Positions 44,536-55,732 of a DNA stretch of 64,000 nt are shown piece by piece (position 1 is the stretch's first letter; each line of letters begins with the position of its first letter). The notes beneath the pieces are model-generated. The model saw nothing but the letters and a program-made list of their open reading frames with translations. It was not told the origin of the DNA and made no database searches. The translations under genes were made by a program, and so were the position numbers. Location: contig CAVQBA010000006.1 in NCBI GenBank assembly GCA_963710605.1, positions 672,001 to 736,000 of the forward strand, read 5' to 3'. Source of the stretch: an uncultured cyanobacterium. GTDB taxonomy: Bacteria > Cyanobacteriota > Cyanobacteriia > Cyanobacteriales > Cyanobacteriaceae.

Positions 44536-45050
44536 CTAGTCAAATCTCTATTTAATTATCTTTGATATAAATCAACAATTAAGACGATGAAAATAGTTAT
44601 AGTTAACAAACTATAAAGCAATCATTTTTCTTTAATAACTTCTTAGTATAAACCATTAAGAGTTAATCACGATCGAGTAGTGTATAGCCGTTAATGTCTG
44701 TATTTAGGACATTTAGATCAAGTTTTCTTCTTTCCTCAAGAGGGTTTAAAGATACTCCTTTGATAGGCGTATTGAATTTTAATGATAGTAACGGTGCTAT
44801 TTTTTCTCATTACCTTTGCACGAGTGCTCTTTTGACAAAGTATTAATTAACTTGTTAGTTGCTATACGTACAAGTTAGAAATATTACTTTTACTTAACAA
44901 AAAAGAGGATTATTTTTAATAATTATTTACAATTGATGCAAAAATATCAAAAAATATAACTTTTGGTAGAGGAAATTTTTGTAAAATACTAAAATAGATC
45001 GTATAACGTAGAGTAAAAAAATCTTAATTATAATTTAAGGAGGGGAAACT

Positions 45051-45249
45051 ATGTTAGTCATTCTCCAAAAAGGAAATATTTTACCGACCACGTGCAATTT
45101 GTCAGCAATGTGTTTTAGCAAATCAAACAGGTAAACCTCGTTTAGCTGAAGGCAAATTAAGCTGTGGGCATTGTTTAACTGAAAAAAAATCCGATCAAGC
45201 TAAAATATACGAATGTCAGATGGGGTTTCGTCTTGCTAATATCGAATAA
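45051..45249 (+). CDS. conserved cyanobacterial small Cys-rich protein (~65 aa), +1 frameshift near 45087; missing from the ORF track
   Basis: RBS AAGGAGG; corrected MLVILQKGNILPPRAICQQCVLANQTGKPR...LSCGH...YECQMGFRLANIE*. Confidence 0.7.
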
Positions 45250-45283
45250 GTAAACTCAAAAAATTTAGTAGTTATTATCATAT

Positions 45284-45763
45284 ATGAATTGGAATAGTAC
45301 TAGCACCGATTGGAAAGATAAATTGTTTGCGGCTTTAGTTTATCTTTTTCCACTTTATTATGCTTTGGATTTTGGGATATTTTTGTTTAGACAATTTCCT
45401 TTTTTACAGTTAATCGCAATTCCGCTTACACCTTTAATTTTTGTCAATAGTATTCCTTTTGGCGGTTTAATCTTGTTTTTTGCTTTATTCGCCGCAGTAG
45501 TAAGAAACCCTAAAATTAGTCATTTTATTCGTTTTAATACTATGCAGGCAATTTTAATTGATATTTTATTAATTTTAGTCAGTTTGGTGGGTAATATTCT
45601 TTTAGGTGGTTTAGGGCAATCAATTCTTACAGAAACTGTTTATAACGCTATATTTTTAGGAACTTTAGCCGTTTGTCTGTATTCAATCATCCAATCAGCA
45701 ACAGGAAAATATCCTCAATTGCCAGCTATTTCTGAAGCCGCTTCTTCACAAGTGCCTTGGTAA
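45284..45763 (+). CDS. Tic20/Ycf60 family protein
   Basis: VVRNPKISHFIRFNTMQAILIDI. Confidence 0.9.
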   Translation: MNWNSTSTDWKDKLFAALVYLFPLYYALDFGIFLFRQFPFLQLIAIPLTPLIFVNSIPFGGLILFFALFAAVVRNPKISHFIRFNTMQAILIDILLILVSLVGNILLGGLGQSILTETVYNAIFLGTLAVCLYSIIQSATGKYPQLPAISEAASSQVPW

Positions 45764-45850
45764 AAAAAACTTAAGACACAAAATATTTGACAATTAGCGA
45801 GTTATGTGCATCTAATGTTGATCAACTAGTAATTTAAATACAGGTTTTGA

Positions 45851-46654
45851 TTATGAGATTAATTTTTCAACTTGAATCAATTCACCTTGGATAGAATTAG
45901 TTAATTTACCGATACTTTCAATTTCGATCGTGATTGAATCTCCTAATTGTAAAGGTGCAACACCTTGTGGAGTACCAGTTAAGATAACATCCCCTGGAAG
46001 TAAACTCATAATTTGAGAAATATAGTGAACTAAATATTCAGGAGAAAACACCATATCTGAAAGTAAAGCCGATTGTTTTACCTTTTCTTCATCATCATTA
46101 AGATAAGTTTGTAACCTAGCACCAGAAGTTAATTCTCGCACAATCCAAGGTCCTAAAGGACAAAAAGTATCAAATCCTTTAGCCCTTGTCCATTGCCCGT
46201 CTTTTTGCTGTAAATCTCTGGCGGTTACATCATTAGCGATGGTATAACCCCAAATTTTATTTTTAGCATCTTCAACCGAACAATTTTGAGTTAGTTCGCC
46301 TACTACTAAAGCTAACTCGCCTTCAAAATCGACACGTTGCGATTGTTTAGGGTAGATAATACTCTGTTCGTGGGCAATAATGGCAGAAGGGGGCTTCAAA
46401 AAAATTAAAGGCTCAGGTGGCACTTGTGACTCCATTTCCTCTGCATGAGCTGTGTAGTTTTTGCCTACCGCTATAATTTTAGACGGTGCGCAAGGTGGTA
46501 ACAAATAATACTCTGATTCTTCTAATATTTGTTCTGTTACTTTACCGTCTAACCAAGGAGGGGCATCTAAGACTTCTACTGTCCCATTTAATTGTAACCG
46601 ACCATAGTAAGTTTGTCCTGAGGTAGTTTTAACCCTCACATAACGTTGTGCCAT
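45851..46654 (-). CDS. fumarylacetoacetate hydrolase family protein
   Basis: VGKNY, FLKP, EGELA, NDVTARD, KGFDTFCPLGP. Confidence 0.92.
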   Translation of the reverse strand: MAQRYVRVKTTSGQTYYGRLQLNGTVEVLDAPPWLDGKVTEQILEESEYYLLPPCAPSKIIAVGKNYTAHAEEMESQVPPEPLIFLKPPSAIIAHEQSIIYPKQSQRVDFEGELALVVGELTQNCSVEDAKNKIWGYTIANDVTARDLQQKDGQWTRAKGFDTFCPLGPWIVRELTSGARLQTYLNDDEEKVKQSALLSDMVFSPEYLVHYISQIMSLLPGDVILTGTPQGVAPLQLGDSITIEIESIGKLTNSIQGELIQVEKLIS

Positions 46655-46845
46655 AATAATAAAGATAAAAGTGGAAAAAGTGTTAATAATTATGAAATAA
46701 ATTCTTTTTCTGCTATAAATATATAAGCACTATTGCCCAAAAGGATCAATTAATTTTAGATCTAATTTAGTGTTAAGCAAATATAAACCTTGCTTCTGTT
46801 GGCTATTTTAGAAGCCGTTTTAGACCAAAAGGAGAATCTAATCTA

Positions 46846-47412
46846 ATGACTGATGTAATTAATGTTTACGAAATGATGTTTATCTTGCGTCCAGACTTAA
46901 ATGGAGAGCAAGTTAATAAGCAGTTACACAAATACAATAATTTTCTTAAAGAAAATGGAGCGAAGAAAGTTTCCCTTGAAGTTTGGGGTAAACGTCGTTT
47001 AGCTTATCTGATTCAAAAATTTCAAGATGGAATTTATGTTTTAGCTTACTACACTGGTGATGGTACTCAAGTGGCTAAAATTGAACGAGATATGCGTTTT
47101 AGTGATGATATATTACGTTATTTAACCATCAAACTAGAACCTGATTTTGAATTTGAGGAAAAAAACATTCCTGAATTACAAACAGTTTCTGTTGAGCCGA
47201 AGGAAGAAGTTACTATTGCTAGTGATAATAAGCCTGAAGAAGCTACTCCTACTCCTGCTACTCCTATTGTAAATCAAACTCCTACAGAACCAGAAGAAGA
47301 AGTTACTGAGGAAACAACAACAACAGAAGCTACTTCTGAAACTGAAGCTACTCCTGAAACTGAAGCTACTCCTGAAACTGAAACTGAAGAAGAAGTTACT
47401 GTAGAAGCATAG
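46846..47412 (+). CDS. rpsF: 30S ribosomal protein S6 with a long acidic tail
   Basis: [24 protein letters not shown]. Confidence 0.93.
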   Translation: MTDVINVYEMMFILRPDLNGEQVNKQLHKYNNFLKENGAKKVSLEVWGKRRLAYLIQKFQDGIYVLAYYTGDGTQVAKIERDMRFSDDILRYLTIKLEPDFEFEEKNIPELQTVSVEPKEEVTIASDNKPEEATPTPATPIVNQTPTEPEEEVTEETTTTEATSETEATPETEATPETETEEEVTVEA

Positions 47413-47439
47413 TTTTCAATCATCGAAAAGGTAGATAGC

Positions 47440-47808
47440 TTGATTAAATATGGTAAAGGATGGCGTTTAGGTTGGAAATCATCCCCTCTTGTCTATAAAG
47501 GATTAATTGGGGCTGATGATTGGGCAATCGAATTAACCCAAGCTGAGATGAAAGACTTTATTCGTCTAATTTTACAAATTGATCAAGCTATCATTGATAT
47601 TCATCAACACCTCATGGACGAAGAAACGATCGAAATTGAGGTGGAAAGTGAATTGATCTGGTTAGGTGCTAAAGGATACCCTGATAATTACTCTCTACGA
47701 ATTATCTTATCGCAACAACGTGGATGTGAAGGTACATGGTCAGAAAATGCGATTAAATCTTTAATTAACGCTACTCAATCTTTAGATTTTGATTCGGCTA
47801 CCTTTTAG
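47440..47808 (+). CDS. DUF1818 family protein
   Basis: GKGWRLGW...GLIGADDWAIELT. Confidence 0.8.
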   Translation: MIKYGKGWRLGWKSSPLVYKGLIGADDWAIELTQAEMKDFIRLILQIDQAIIDIHQHLMDEETIEIEVESELIWLGAKGYPDNYSLRIILSQQRGCEGTWSENAIKSLINATQSLDFDSATF

Positions 47809-48425
47809 TTGGTTTAAATGATTGATACAAGTATTAAACTAATTAATTAGTTTAAGTTTTTTTACTCATAGCTAGGTTGACAAATCATATTTTAATTTAA
47901 AAATAAGATGAACATTTTTGCTTTCAAAATTAAGTTATTAACTATTTTGTAACTACTTATTCTTTATTTACGCACGATACTGAGGCTTTAGCGTATAGTT
48001 TTGACCTAAACTGGAGCAGAAATTATTAGTAAATTTAATTTACTATTTTTTTTGGTAGCATATTAGTTTAATATTGATTATTATATCAAATCTCTATTTT
48101 AATACCCGAGATAATTAGTTTGTTAATAAATATTAATAAACTATCATATCTACTTAATATTTATTATACTTTTATCACAAAGAGTAGTAGTTGGTATTAT
48201 TAATTAATCTTTAATTAGTAAAAATACTTAGTTACTAAAATTAAATAAATAATTTAAACTTTTCTAGTACTTTCGTTTTTATCTACAGACTTAATACACT
48301 ACCTAAAAACTATTTATTAGTACTTACTCATTATTAAGTAAGATCGTCTATGATGGAAAAATAAAGGTAATCACGATCGTGTATTTTAAACTACAAATAA
48401 AAATCTTTGCAGTAGCAGACAAAAG

Positions 48426-50345
48426 ATGAAAATACTTTTAGCAGAGGATGATCACATTTTAGGAAAACTAATCAAAGATTACCTAATCTCAGAATCAGAA
48501 TTAATTAATGTTGTCAATACAGGTGAAGGCATTAAAGAGCAACTAGTATCGGAAAATTATGATGTTTTGATTTTAGATATGATGTTACCGAAAAAAAATG
48601 GGATTGATATTTGCCGAGAATTAAGAGCCGAAAAAATCGATATAGCTATTTTATTTATTACCGCATTAAACAACCAAAGTGACAAAATAAAAGCCTTTGA
48701 ATCAGGTGCAGACGACTATCTAATTAAACCTTTCGATTTACAAGAATTGTTATTAAGAGTTCAAGCTTTAACTAGAAGAAAAACCGAACTAGTAACAGAA
48801 AATTTGGTTTTGAAATGGGGAGAATTAATGATGATTCCTAACGAGAAAAAAGTTTATTATCATGATCTCAATCTTAATTTAACCCCAACAGAATACAAAA
48901 TATTACAAATTTTTTTAGAATCCCCTAAACAAGTATTTAATCTTGATAATATTATCGATCGATTATGGGATTTAGATAGTATCCCTACTTATAATACATT
49001 TCGATCGCATATCAAATCATTAAGAAAAAAAATTGCCAAAACTGGTTTAGATAGAGATTTTATCGAAACAGTTTATGGTATGGGTTATAAATTAAAAGAG
49101 CAACTTAACCAAAAGCAAACAGTCTTCTCTAATATAACCACTAATACAAACCAAGCAAATTCTCAAATTACACAAGCTAGCAAAATAGCTAAGAACCTGC
49201 AAAAAGAAGTAGAATTAGAAACATTAATTGAAGAAATTTGGTTTGATAATCAAGTTGCTATTTATCAGAATTGCCAACAGATAAAAGATTATATCGCTCA
49301 ACATAATCACCCTTTAAATACAGAAGAAATCATACGTATTATTCACAATTTATCAGGTTGTCTAGGTAGTATAGGTTTTAAGACAGGTACGATAATTGCT
49401 AAACAGATAGAAAGTTTGTTACGAAATAATAATGATCATCTTTGTAATTCTCAGGTTAGTAAACAAGTTGCTAAATTAGCTGACGAATTAGAAAAAACCT
49501 TATTTCCTGATGGTAAACCTCTACTAGAAGCCACAAAATCAACTCAAGATATACAAATTAATCAGCAAATAAATATTTTAGTAGTTAATGAAGATCAAAA
49601 ATTAACTAATAAACTAATTCTTTTTATTGAACATCCTCAAATAAATTTGTCTTTCGCATATACTATTTCATCAGCAGTCGAATATTTAAAAGAGCAAAAA
49701 TTTCAGATTATTTTAGTTGAGACTATTTGGCAAAATCAGTCGATCGAACAATCTAACATTTTATCAGCTTTGATGAAAAATAAAGCTCAAAGTCAAATTC
49801 TGATTTATACCCAAGAAGATAGTTTAGAAAATAGATTATATTGTAATAATTATCCTATTTTTGCTTTTCTAACTCAAACTAATTGTTTAGATATATTATG
49901 GAATAATCTAAAAAATATTATCTTAAATACTGAGCTTAATTCTTCAGTAAAAGAGCGACTTTATGACTTATTGATAATTGATGATGATCAGATTTTTATT
50001 CGATTACTAGAAAATAAATTGAAAATTCAGCAACTACCAATTAATATTTATAGTATTAGTAATAGTGAAAAATTTTTAGATACAATTAAAGAAATTAAAC
50101 CTCAACTAATTATACTAGACTTACAAATGCCAAAATTAAATGGTTTAGATATTTGTAAAATTATCAAAACCGATCCTTTTTTACAAAAAATACCTGTCAT
50201 CTTTTTAACGGGTAATTTAACTCCTGAAGCAATTGAAGCATTTGTTAAAGTAGGTGCAGATGATTTTATTAGTAAATCAAAAATAGATGTAGAATTATAT
50301 CCTCGAATTATGACTCATCTCAAACGGTTTCAATTCGATAACTAG
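48426..50345 (+). CDS. multidomain response regulator (REC-OmpR wHTH-Hpt-degenerate REC-REC)
   Basis: MKILLAEDD..ILDMMLP; IETVYGMGY; IHNLSGCLG (Hpt His); ILDLQMP. Confidence 0.88.
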   Translation: MKILLAEDDHILGKLIKDYLISESELINVVNTGEGIKEQLVSENYDVLILDMMLPKKNGIDICRELRAEKIDIAILFITALNNQSDKIKAFESGADDYLIKPFDLQELLLRVQALTRRKTELVTENLVLKWGELMMIPNEKKVYYHDLNLNLTPTEYKILQIFLESPKQVFNLDNIIDRLWDLDSIPTYNTFRSHIKSLRKKIAKTGLDRDFIETVYGMGYKLKEQLNQKQTVFSNITTNTNQANSQITQASKIAKNLQKEVELETLIEEIWFDNQVAIYQNCQQIKDYIAQHNHPLNTEEIIRIIHNLSGCLGSIGFKTGTIIAKQIESLLRNNNDHLCNSQVSKQVAKLADELEKTLFPDGKPLLEATKSTQDIQINQQINILVVNEDQKLTNKLILFIEHPQINLSFAYTISSAVEYLKEQKFQIILVETIWQNQSIEQSNILSALMKNKAQSQILIYTQEDSLENRLYCNNYPIFAFLTQTNCLDILWNNLKNIILNTELNSSVKERLYDLLIIDDDQIFIRLLENKLKIQQLPINIYSISNSEKFLDTIKEIKPQLIILDLQMPKLNGLDICKIIKTDPFLQKIPVIFLTGNLTPEAIEAFVKVGADDFISKSKIDVELYPRIMTHLKRFQFDN

Positions 50346-50665
50346 TTTAACTATAATATTTTTGCTTAATTAAGAAATTTGATTTGATTTATCTTAGCGT
50401 CTGTATCATCAAATGAGTAGTTATTCACAAATAATTTAAGGTACTAACGTACAAAAAATAAACTAACAATTTTTTTAGAGAAAGGCACTATTTAATGTAA
50501 GACACATTTTTAATTTTAGGTTTCTAGTTAACTTTAGTTAACGTGCATGGTTAGCCTTGAACTTAAGTTCAAGGCTAAGATAAAATCGTTCAATAAATTG
50601 AACTAAAATTATGGCAAACTTAGAAGAATAATGAAATTATCGTGAGGTCAAAGATTTATTTTAGC

Positions 50666-51115
50666 TTATTTACTTAAAGCTTCAATTAAAATAGCTATAT
50701 TCTCCTCATTATTAACATCAAAAATATCGTTATTAAACTCTATATACTTAACATCGATCGAATCAAAATATTGAACTAATTCCCAATAATCTAACTTATC
50801 TTGTTGACTACAAATACCCTGATGAATATCGATCGTCTTTCCTGATTTTTCTTCAGTAAAAGAAATACCAATTCCATGACGTTGGAAATACCATTTTTGC
50901 CTCTCTATTTCGATTGCTCCTTGACGAGGGCAATCTGATAAATATTGTAAGTCTTGAATATGAGAAAAAGATTGAAGAAATTTTTGTTGTAAGTTATTTC
51001 TTAATAAAATAAACTCATTAATTAATTGAGGTGCGTGAGGAATGGTAGTTGAATTTTTCACGGGTAAACTTATCCTTAGCCTAGTAATCTCTATTATATT
51101 TTTGTGCGTCAGCAA
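50666..51115 (-). CDS. hypothetical protein, DUF6896-like, possible immunity protein
   Basis: WYFQRHGIGISF; overlaps the 3' end of the ParB-like ORF. Confidence 0.5.
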   Translation of the reverse strand: MLTHKNIIEITRLRISLPVKNSTTIPHAPQLINEFILLRNNLQQKFLQSFSHIQDLQYLSDCPRQGAIEIERQKWYFQRHGIGISFTEEKSGKTIDIHQGICSQQDKLDYWELVQYFDSIDVKYIEFNNDIFDVNNEENIAILIEALSK

Positions 51116-51392
51116 CGTCCACTAAAAATTGTTTAGCTTGAGAATCACAAACTATCTCTTTGATAATAGGAATTTTGGTTAATCTTAATTTTTTGACTAC
51201 TTCTACTCGATGATGTCCATCTATAATAACTAATTGATTTTCTATTTCTGCTACCTTTACAGGATGATTAACATCAAATCCCTCATTTTTAATTTTTTTA
51301 CGTAATCTTTTAATTTTGCTACCCGACATTTCTGAGGGTGTTTGTCGAGATATTAAAATCTTCGGATTAACATAAATAATACTTTCTTCCAT
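51081..51392 (-). CDS. stand-alone ParB/sulfiredoxin-like domain protein
   Basis: PVKV...LVIIDGHHRV; no HTH. Confidence 0.75.
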   Translation of the reverse strand: MEESIIYVNPKILISRQTPSEMSGSKIKRLRKKIKNEGFDVNHPVKVAEIENQLVIIDGHHRVEVVKKLRLTKIPIIKEIVCDSQAKQFLVDVADAQKYNRDY

Positions 51393-51414
51393 CTTAAACA
51401 AAGGCAATAAAATA

Positions 51415-52173
51415 ATGAATCTTCAAGCCATTCTTAAACTATATTCTCAAGGTATCAGAGATTTTACTAGTATTAATTTATCATATGAAAATCTCAGCGA
51501 GATGAAATTAAGAGATGTTGATTTGACATTGGCTTACATCAAAGCAAGTAATTGCCGAAATAATAAATTGGCAAACGTAAATTTTTGCAAGGCAACTCTA
51601 ACAGAAGTTGATTTTAGTCAAGCTGATTTACAAGAATGTAATTTTACTGGTGCCGACTTAAGAGGAGCAAATTTTACTGATACCAGATTATGGAAAGTTG
51701 ATTTTACGGGTGCCGATTTAACAGATGCCATTTTTGAGGATGCTGAATTAAAAGAATGTAATTTAAGAAATACTAATATTAGTAATAGTAATTGGAGTTT
51801 AGCATATATAGCTCATTGTAATTTTAGTGGAACTGACTTTACAACTTGCTTAAATATGGATGAACTAGATAATGGTTTTCAAGGTATTGATTTAAGTGAA
51901 GCAAATTTGAGCGGAATTGATTTTTATCGTACAAATTTTTTAGGTTGTAATCTAAAAAATGCTGATTTATCAGAATGTGATTTAAGTAGGACTCTTTTTT
52001 TTAATTGTAATATGGAAAATGCAAACTTACAAAATACAAAGTTGATCGAATCTATTTTCGATAATTGTAATTTTATTACAACCAATTTTCGTAATTCTAC
52101 TTATGGTGCTGATTTTCATAATTGTTATTTTAAGAAAGCTATAATGCAAGATGGCACAATAAGAGATAGATGA
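51415..52173 (+). CDS. pentapeptide repeat protein
   Basis: repeated A(D/N)L/F-xx units; Y..G.RDF N-terminus. Confidence 0.9.
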   Translation: MNLQAILKLYSQGIRDFTSINLSYENLSEMKLRDVDLTLAYIKASNCRNNKLANVNFCKATLTEVDFSQADLQECNFTGADLRGANFTDTRLWKVDFTGADLTDAIFEDAELKECNLRNTNISNSNWSLAYIAHCNFSGTDFTTCLNMDELDNGFQGIDLSEANLSGIDFYRTNFLGCNLKNADLSECDLSRTLFFNCNMENANLQNTKLIESIFDNCNFITTNFRNSTYGADFHNCYFKKAIMQDGTIRDR

Positions 52174-52306
52174 ATCAGATATATAGTAATAAATCTCGAT
52201 CGTCAACAGCTATCTGGTAATAATTAATCTCAAAAATGAGGGTTAAAACCCTCACTACAAACAAAGTAATAAATATTGTCTAACTCTAAACTCTAAACTC
52301 TAAACT

Positions 52307-53701
52307 CTAAAATTCAGCATTCATCGGCGTACGAGGGAAAGGAATCACATCACGAATATTATCCATCCCTGTCATAAATTGGACTAGTCTTTCAAAACCT
52401 AACCCGAATCCTGCATGAGGCACAGTGCCATAACGACGTAAATCAAGATACCACCAAATATCATCTGCTTGAATATTCATTTCGGCAATTCTCGATTCTA
52501 AAACATCTAGTCTTTCTTCTCGTTGAGCGCCACCAATTATTTCACCGATATTCGGGGCAAGAATATCCATCGCCGCTACCGTGTTACGATCGTCATTTAA
52601 ACGCATATAAAACGCTTTAATATCTTTAGGATAATCAGTCACAATTACAGGTTTTTTAAAATATTCTTCAGCTAAATAACGTTCGTGTTCGGATTGTAAA
52701 TCGATTCCCCATTCTACAGGAAACTCAAATTTTTTACTAGTTTTTTCTAATAATTTAATAGCTTCAGTATAAGTAACTCTGGCAAACTCATTATTAATAA
52801 TATTATCGGCATTACTTAAGACTGTTTTGTTGATTCTTTTGTTAAAAAACTCTAAATCTTCAGGACATTTTTCTAAGACAAAATTGAAAATATATTTCAA
52901 AAATTCTTCAGCTAAATCTTGATCGCCTTCTAAATCACAAAAAGCCATTTCTGGTTCAACCATCCAAAACTCAGCTAAATGGCGTGATGTATTTGAATTT
53001 TCTGCCCGAAAAGTAGGTCCAAAAGTATAAACATTTTGAAACGACATTGCCATGATTTCGGCTTCTAACTGACCGCTAACAGTTAAATAAGATTTCCGTC
53101 CAAAAAAGTCTTTTTGATAATCTACGCCTTCTTTTTGTTCTGCTACTAGCTTATTTAGATCATAGTTGGTAACTGTAAATAATTCTCCTGCACCTTCACA
53201 ATCACTAGCAGTGATAATAGGTGTATGAGCCCAGAGAAAATCTTTAGATTGAAAAAATTGATGAATCGCAGTAGCACAAGCATTTCTAACTCGCATAACT
53301 GCCCCGATCGTATTTGTTCTTCCTCTTAAATGACCGATCGTTCTCAGAAATTCAAAAGAGTGACGTTTTTTCTGTAAAGGATAGGTTTCAGGGTCACAAT
53401 CACCATAGATTTCGACATTAGTGGCTTGTAACTCTACTCTTTGCCCTTTAGCTGGAGATTCTACTAACTTGCCTTCGACACCAACTGAAACTCCTGTATT
53501 TAGTCTTTTAATCAAGTCATCGTAGTTGGCTAAATCTTGATTTAAAACTACTTGTAAATTAGCCAAGGATGAACCATCACTAACTTCCATAAAGGCAAAT
53601 TCTTTTAGTTCTCTTTTGGTTCTAACCCATCCAGTAATTTCTATTTGTTCGTCTATTTTTCCTGTTTTTAATACTTTAGCTATTCTACTTTTATTAGTCA
53701 T
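52307..53701 (-). CDS. asnS: asparagine--tRNA ligase
   Basis: [36 protein letters not shown]. Confidence 0.97.
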   Translation of the reverse strand: MTNKSRIAKVLKTGKIDEQIEITGWVRTKRELKEFAFMEVSDGSSLANLQVVLNQDLANYDDLIKRLNTGVSVGVEGKLVESPAKGQRVELQATNVEIYGDCDPETYPLQKKRHSFEFLRTIGHLRGRTNTIGAVMRVRNACATAIHQFFQSKDFLWAHTPIITASDCEGAGELFTVTNYDLNKLVAEQKEGVDYQKDFFGRKSYLTVSGQLEAEIMAMSFQNVYTFGPTFRAENSNTSRHLAEFWMVEPEMAFCDLEGDQDLAEEFLKYIFNFVLEKCPEDLEFFNKRINKTVLSNADNIINNEFARVTYTEAIKLLEKTSKKFEFPVEWGIDLQSEHERYLAEEYFKKPVIVTDYPKDIKAFYMRLNDDRNTVAAMDILAPNIGEIIGGAQREERLDVLESRIAEMNIQADDIWWYLDLRRYGTVPHAGFGLGFERLVQFMTGMDNIRDVIPFPRTPMNAEF

Positions 53702-54299
53702 TATTTGCCTTTATATATATGACAATCTTTTGGTGTTTGATTATAACATCAAATATGAGTAATTAGTAAGTAATTATCACACTTAAGTTAAAAAAAGTTT
53801 TTTTGACAACTGAGTAAGGGAAAATAATTGAAGATATTTCACCCATTATAAAATTTTGTTTAATTTAACATTAATAAAAATAATATTCTTAATTAAAACG
53901 ATCGCTAAAAAGAATCGAAAAAATGGAGAAGAAAAAGAAAATATCTCAAAATAAAAATTAGAAATAAGACTGAAGATAGCTAATAACTTTAAATTAGTTA
54001 ATTTCCTACTTAATGACTCTAAAAACAAATATAGCGTTTATCATCGTTAAGAAGTACAGTTAAGATTGGTAAGTCCCCTTTTCTAAGGGGGACCCGTGGG
54101 GGATTAGTCTGTGTTTCATGATACTGATAATTGCTATAGTTATACTTAATAATATTAATCTGAGATAAAAGATAATATTTTCTGCTGATAATTATTTTGC
54201 AAGCAAACTGAAACAAATTAGTTTCAAACTACGTCTTTAAAGATAGTTAATCATGATTAATTGTTTGATTATTCTATATTTAATCTAGAGAAAAAACAA

Positions 54300-54668
54300 A
54301 TGTTAAAAAAGTTTATTACCATTTCTAGTCTAATTGCTACCTTTTCTATGTCTCCTCTGGTAGTAATACCACAAGCGAGTGCAAACTCAAACATTGTTGA
54401 TAACACGACTCTGGCACAAAAAAAGACTGAAAACACAGGAGTTTTAAGAGCTAATAATCCTTATAGTAGAATCAATCTGCGATCGAAACCGACAATTGCG
54501 AGTAAAGCTTTAGGTTATGGTTTGACAGGTGACGGTGTAGAAATTATTGGTTGTTCGAGTGAATATGGAGACACTTGGCTTCAAGTTAGATTTATTAAAC
54601 CTCCTTATGCGACTGGTTGGATTAGAGCAGATTTAATTCGGACTTCAGTTTCTTTACAATATTGCTAA
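54300..54668 (+). CDS. secreted SH3-domain protein
   Basis: signal peptide; INLRSKP...GYGLTGD...GWIRADL. Confidence 0.8.
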   Translation: MLKKFITISSLIATFSMSPLVVIPQASANSNIVDNTTLAQKKTENTGVLRANNPYSRINLRSKPTIASKALGYGLTGDGVEIIGCSSEYGDTWLQVRFIKPPYATGWIRADLIRTSVSLQYC

Positions 54669-54976
54669 TTTTTTCAGCAGGTGAGAAAATAAGAGTTGCT
54701 TTTTTTACTTTTGCTGTTTTGGATTATAAGTTTAGATCAATATTATTCATCGCCAATAATACTTATTTTGATTAACTAAAAAAATCTGCTTATATTTAAG
54801 TTGATGAGGCATAATCAGCTAATTAAATTCATAGTTTAGTTTAATCGATCGAGCTTTAAATCAAAATTAATTTTTACGGCAAAATTTTGAGTTAATCGTT
54901 GTCTGTTGATTGCTCAACTGCGTTGACAGTCTCTTTTGTTTTAGTTATAATTGTATCTTGTCAGTTTAAAAATTGG

Positions 54977-55050
54977 CGGGACGTAGCGCAGCTTGGTAGC
55001 GCACCACTTTGGGGTAGTGGGGGTCGTAGGTTCAAATCCTATCGTTCCGA
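54977..55050 (+). tRNA. tRNA-Pro (GGG)
   Basis: acceptor stem CGGGACG/CGTTCCG, D-loop GCTTGGTAGC, anticodon arm CCACT-TTGGGGT-AGTGG, T-loop GGTTCAAATCC. Confidence 0.96.
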
Positions 55051-55118
55051 TATTTAAATCATATTTAACAGTGGTAGAGACAATGAATTTGTATGCCACT
55101 ACAAGATGACATTGATTA

Positions 55119-55419
55119 TTATTTTTCGTCTTGCCAGTTTTCTAATTCTTCCTTAATAAAATAGTGAACTCTCATCACGATACATTTTTTCAATTACATC
55201 TGGGTTTAATTTTTCTTCTTCTGCCCAAACTCTTCTTTGAGACAGCATTAATTTCAATCTTTCTGGTGCTTTGACACTGGTTTCGCTAGTTTTATATTTA
55301 GCGGCGGCTTTGACATATTCAAATCTTTTACCTAAGATGGCGATCGTTTCTCGATCTAATCTATCAATTTCTGTTCTAATTTCTTTGATATTCGAGCATT
55401 CATTTGGTTGTTTCATCAT
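55119..55419 (-). CDS. AroQ-fold chorismate mutase/isochorismate pyruvate lyase (PchB-like), apparent +1 frameshift near 55170
   Basis: IRTEIDRLD..LGKRF..AAKYK..APER; second frame continues VHYFIKEELENWQDEK*. Confidence 0.8.
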
Positions 55420-55732
55420 CAAAAAGAAAAAATATAGTATAGCGCAAATACGAGTAAGGAGTAATTTAGAACATCTAGATCTATTTCCCCTCCTTATGAA
55501 GGAGGAGGGGCTGTCATCTGAATTTAATTCAGATGAATGTCAACGCCCCGTAGGGTTAGGGGTGGTTACAAAATGTTAATTAACTTGTTAGTTGCTATAT
55601 CTAAATTTTTCGCATTTGTACTGAGGTAGTAAGATAACTTACGTCTAATACATTGCCAGTTTTATTTTTAATGGACTTATCATATTTTGATGCAGATAAT
55701 TAAAAACTAAATTGTCATCAGCTTTAAAAAAA

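Noticed and set aside
54977-55450. tRNA-Pro as an integration site for an island
   Set aside because: No integrase and no duplicated tRNA 3' end found in the window.
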